DNA from: Macrostomum lignano
Lineage: Eukaryota
Direction: 5' to 3'
Length of the DNA stretch: 64,000 bases
NCBI GenBank assembly: GCA_002269645.1
Contig: NIVC01000147.1
Coordinates: 1-64,000, forward strand
Part shown: piece by piece, positions 63,956-64,000 of the stretch
Numbering within the stretch: the stretch's first letter is position 1
How the letters are laid out: each line of letters opens with the position of its first letter
The notes under the pieces: model-generated
The model's input: the letters and a program-made list of their open reading frames with translations, nothing else
Told to the model about the DNA's origin: nothing
Database searches by the model: none
Program-made: the position numbers and the translations under genes

Positions 63956-64000
63956 GCCGTAAACACGGTCCCTTACTGCGAACGCCCAACGTACTTAATA
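63956..64000 (+). ncRNA. Spliced-leader (SL)-like sequence, possible SL RNA gene variant, truncated by window end
   Basis: GCCGTAAACACGGTCCCTTACTGCGAACGCCCAAC has the flatworm SL 5' CCGT/ACGG hairpin and resembles the Macrostomum SL as I recall it; not verified against a database. Confidence 0.55.

Overview
Eukaryotic (animal) genomic DNA, not prokaryotic. It has GC-rich spliced exons separated by AT-rich DNA packed with minisatellites, microsatellites and transposon relics, plus TTAGGG repeats. The style most resembles a macrostomid flatworm such as Macrostomum; this is inference. Well-supported spliced host genes, all on the + strand: a C2H2 zinc-finger gene, YEATS4/GAS41, NTPCR, ERCC6L/PICH (7 coding exons) and a GT92/DUF23 glycosyltransferase. 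There are also two orphan coding regions on + and a candidate secreted peptide precursor on -. Mobile DNA: an intact mariner inserted in a 27-bp satellite, a C-to-T hypermutated mariner relic, a truncated Ty3/gypsy element inside an ERCC6L intron, a DIRS-type tyrosine-recombinase fragment, a LINE 3' end, two SINE copies, MITEs and two foldback elements carrying telomeric repeats. Most notable: a spliced-leader (SL)-like sequence at the window end together with a YEATS4 copy lacking its own ATG, the telomere-containing foldbacks, the CpG-void hypermutated zone, and the prepropeptide ORF. All coordinates and splice sites were read by hand; no database searches were run.
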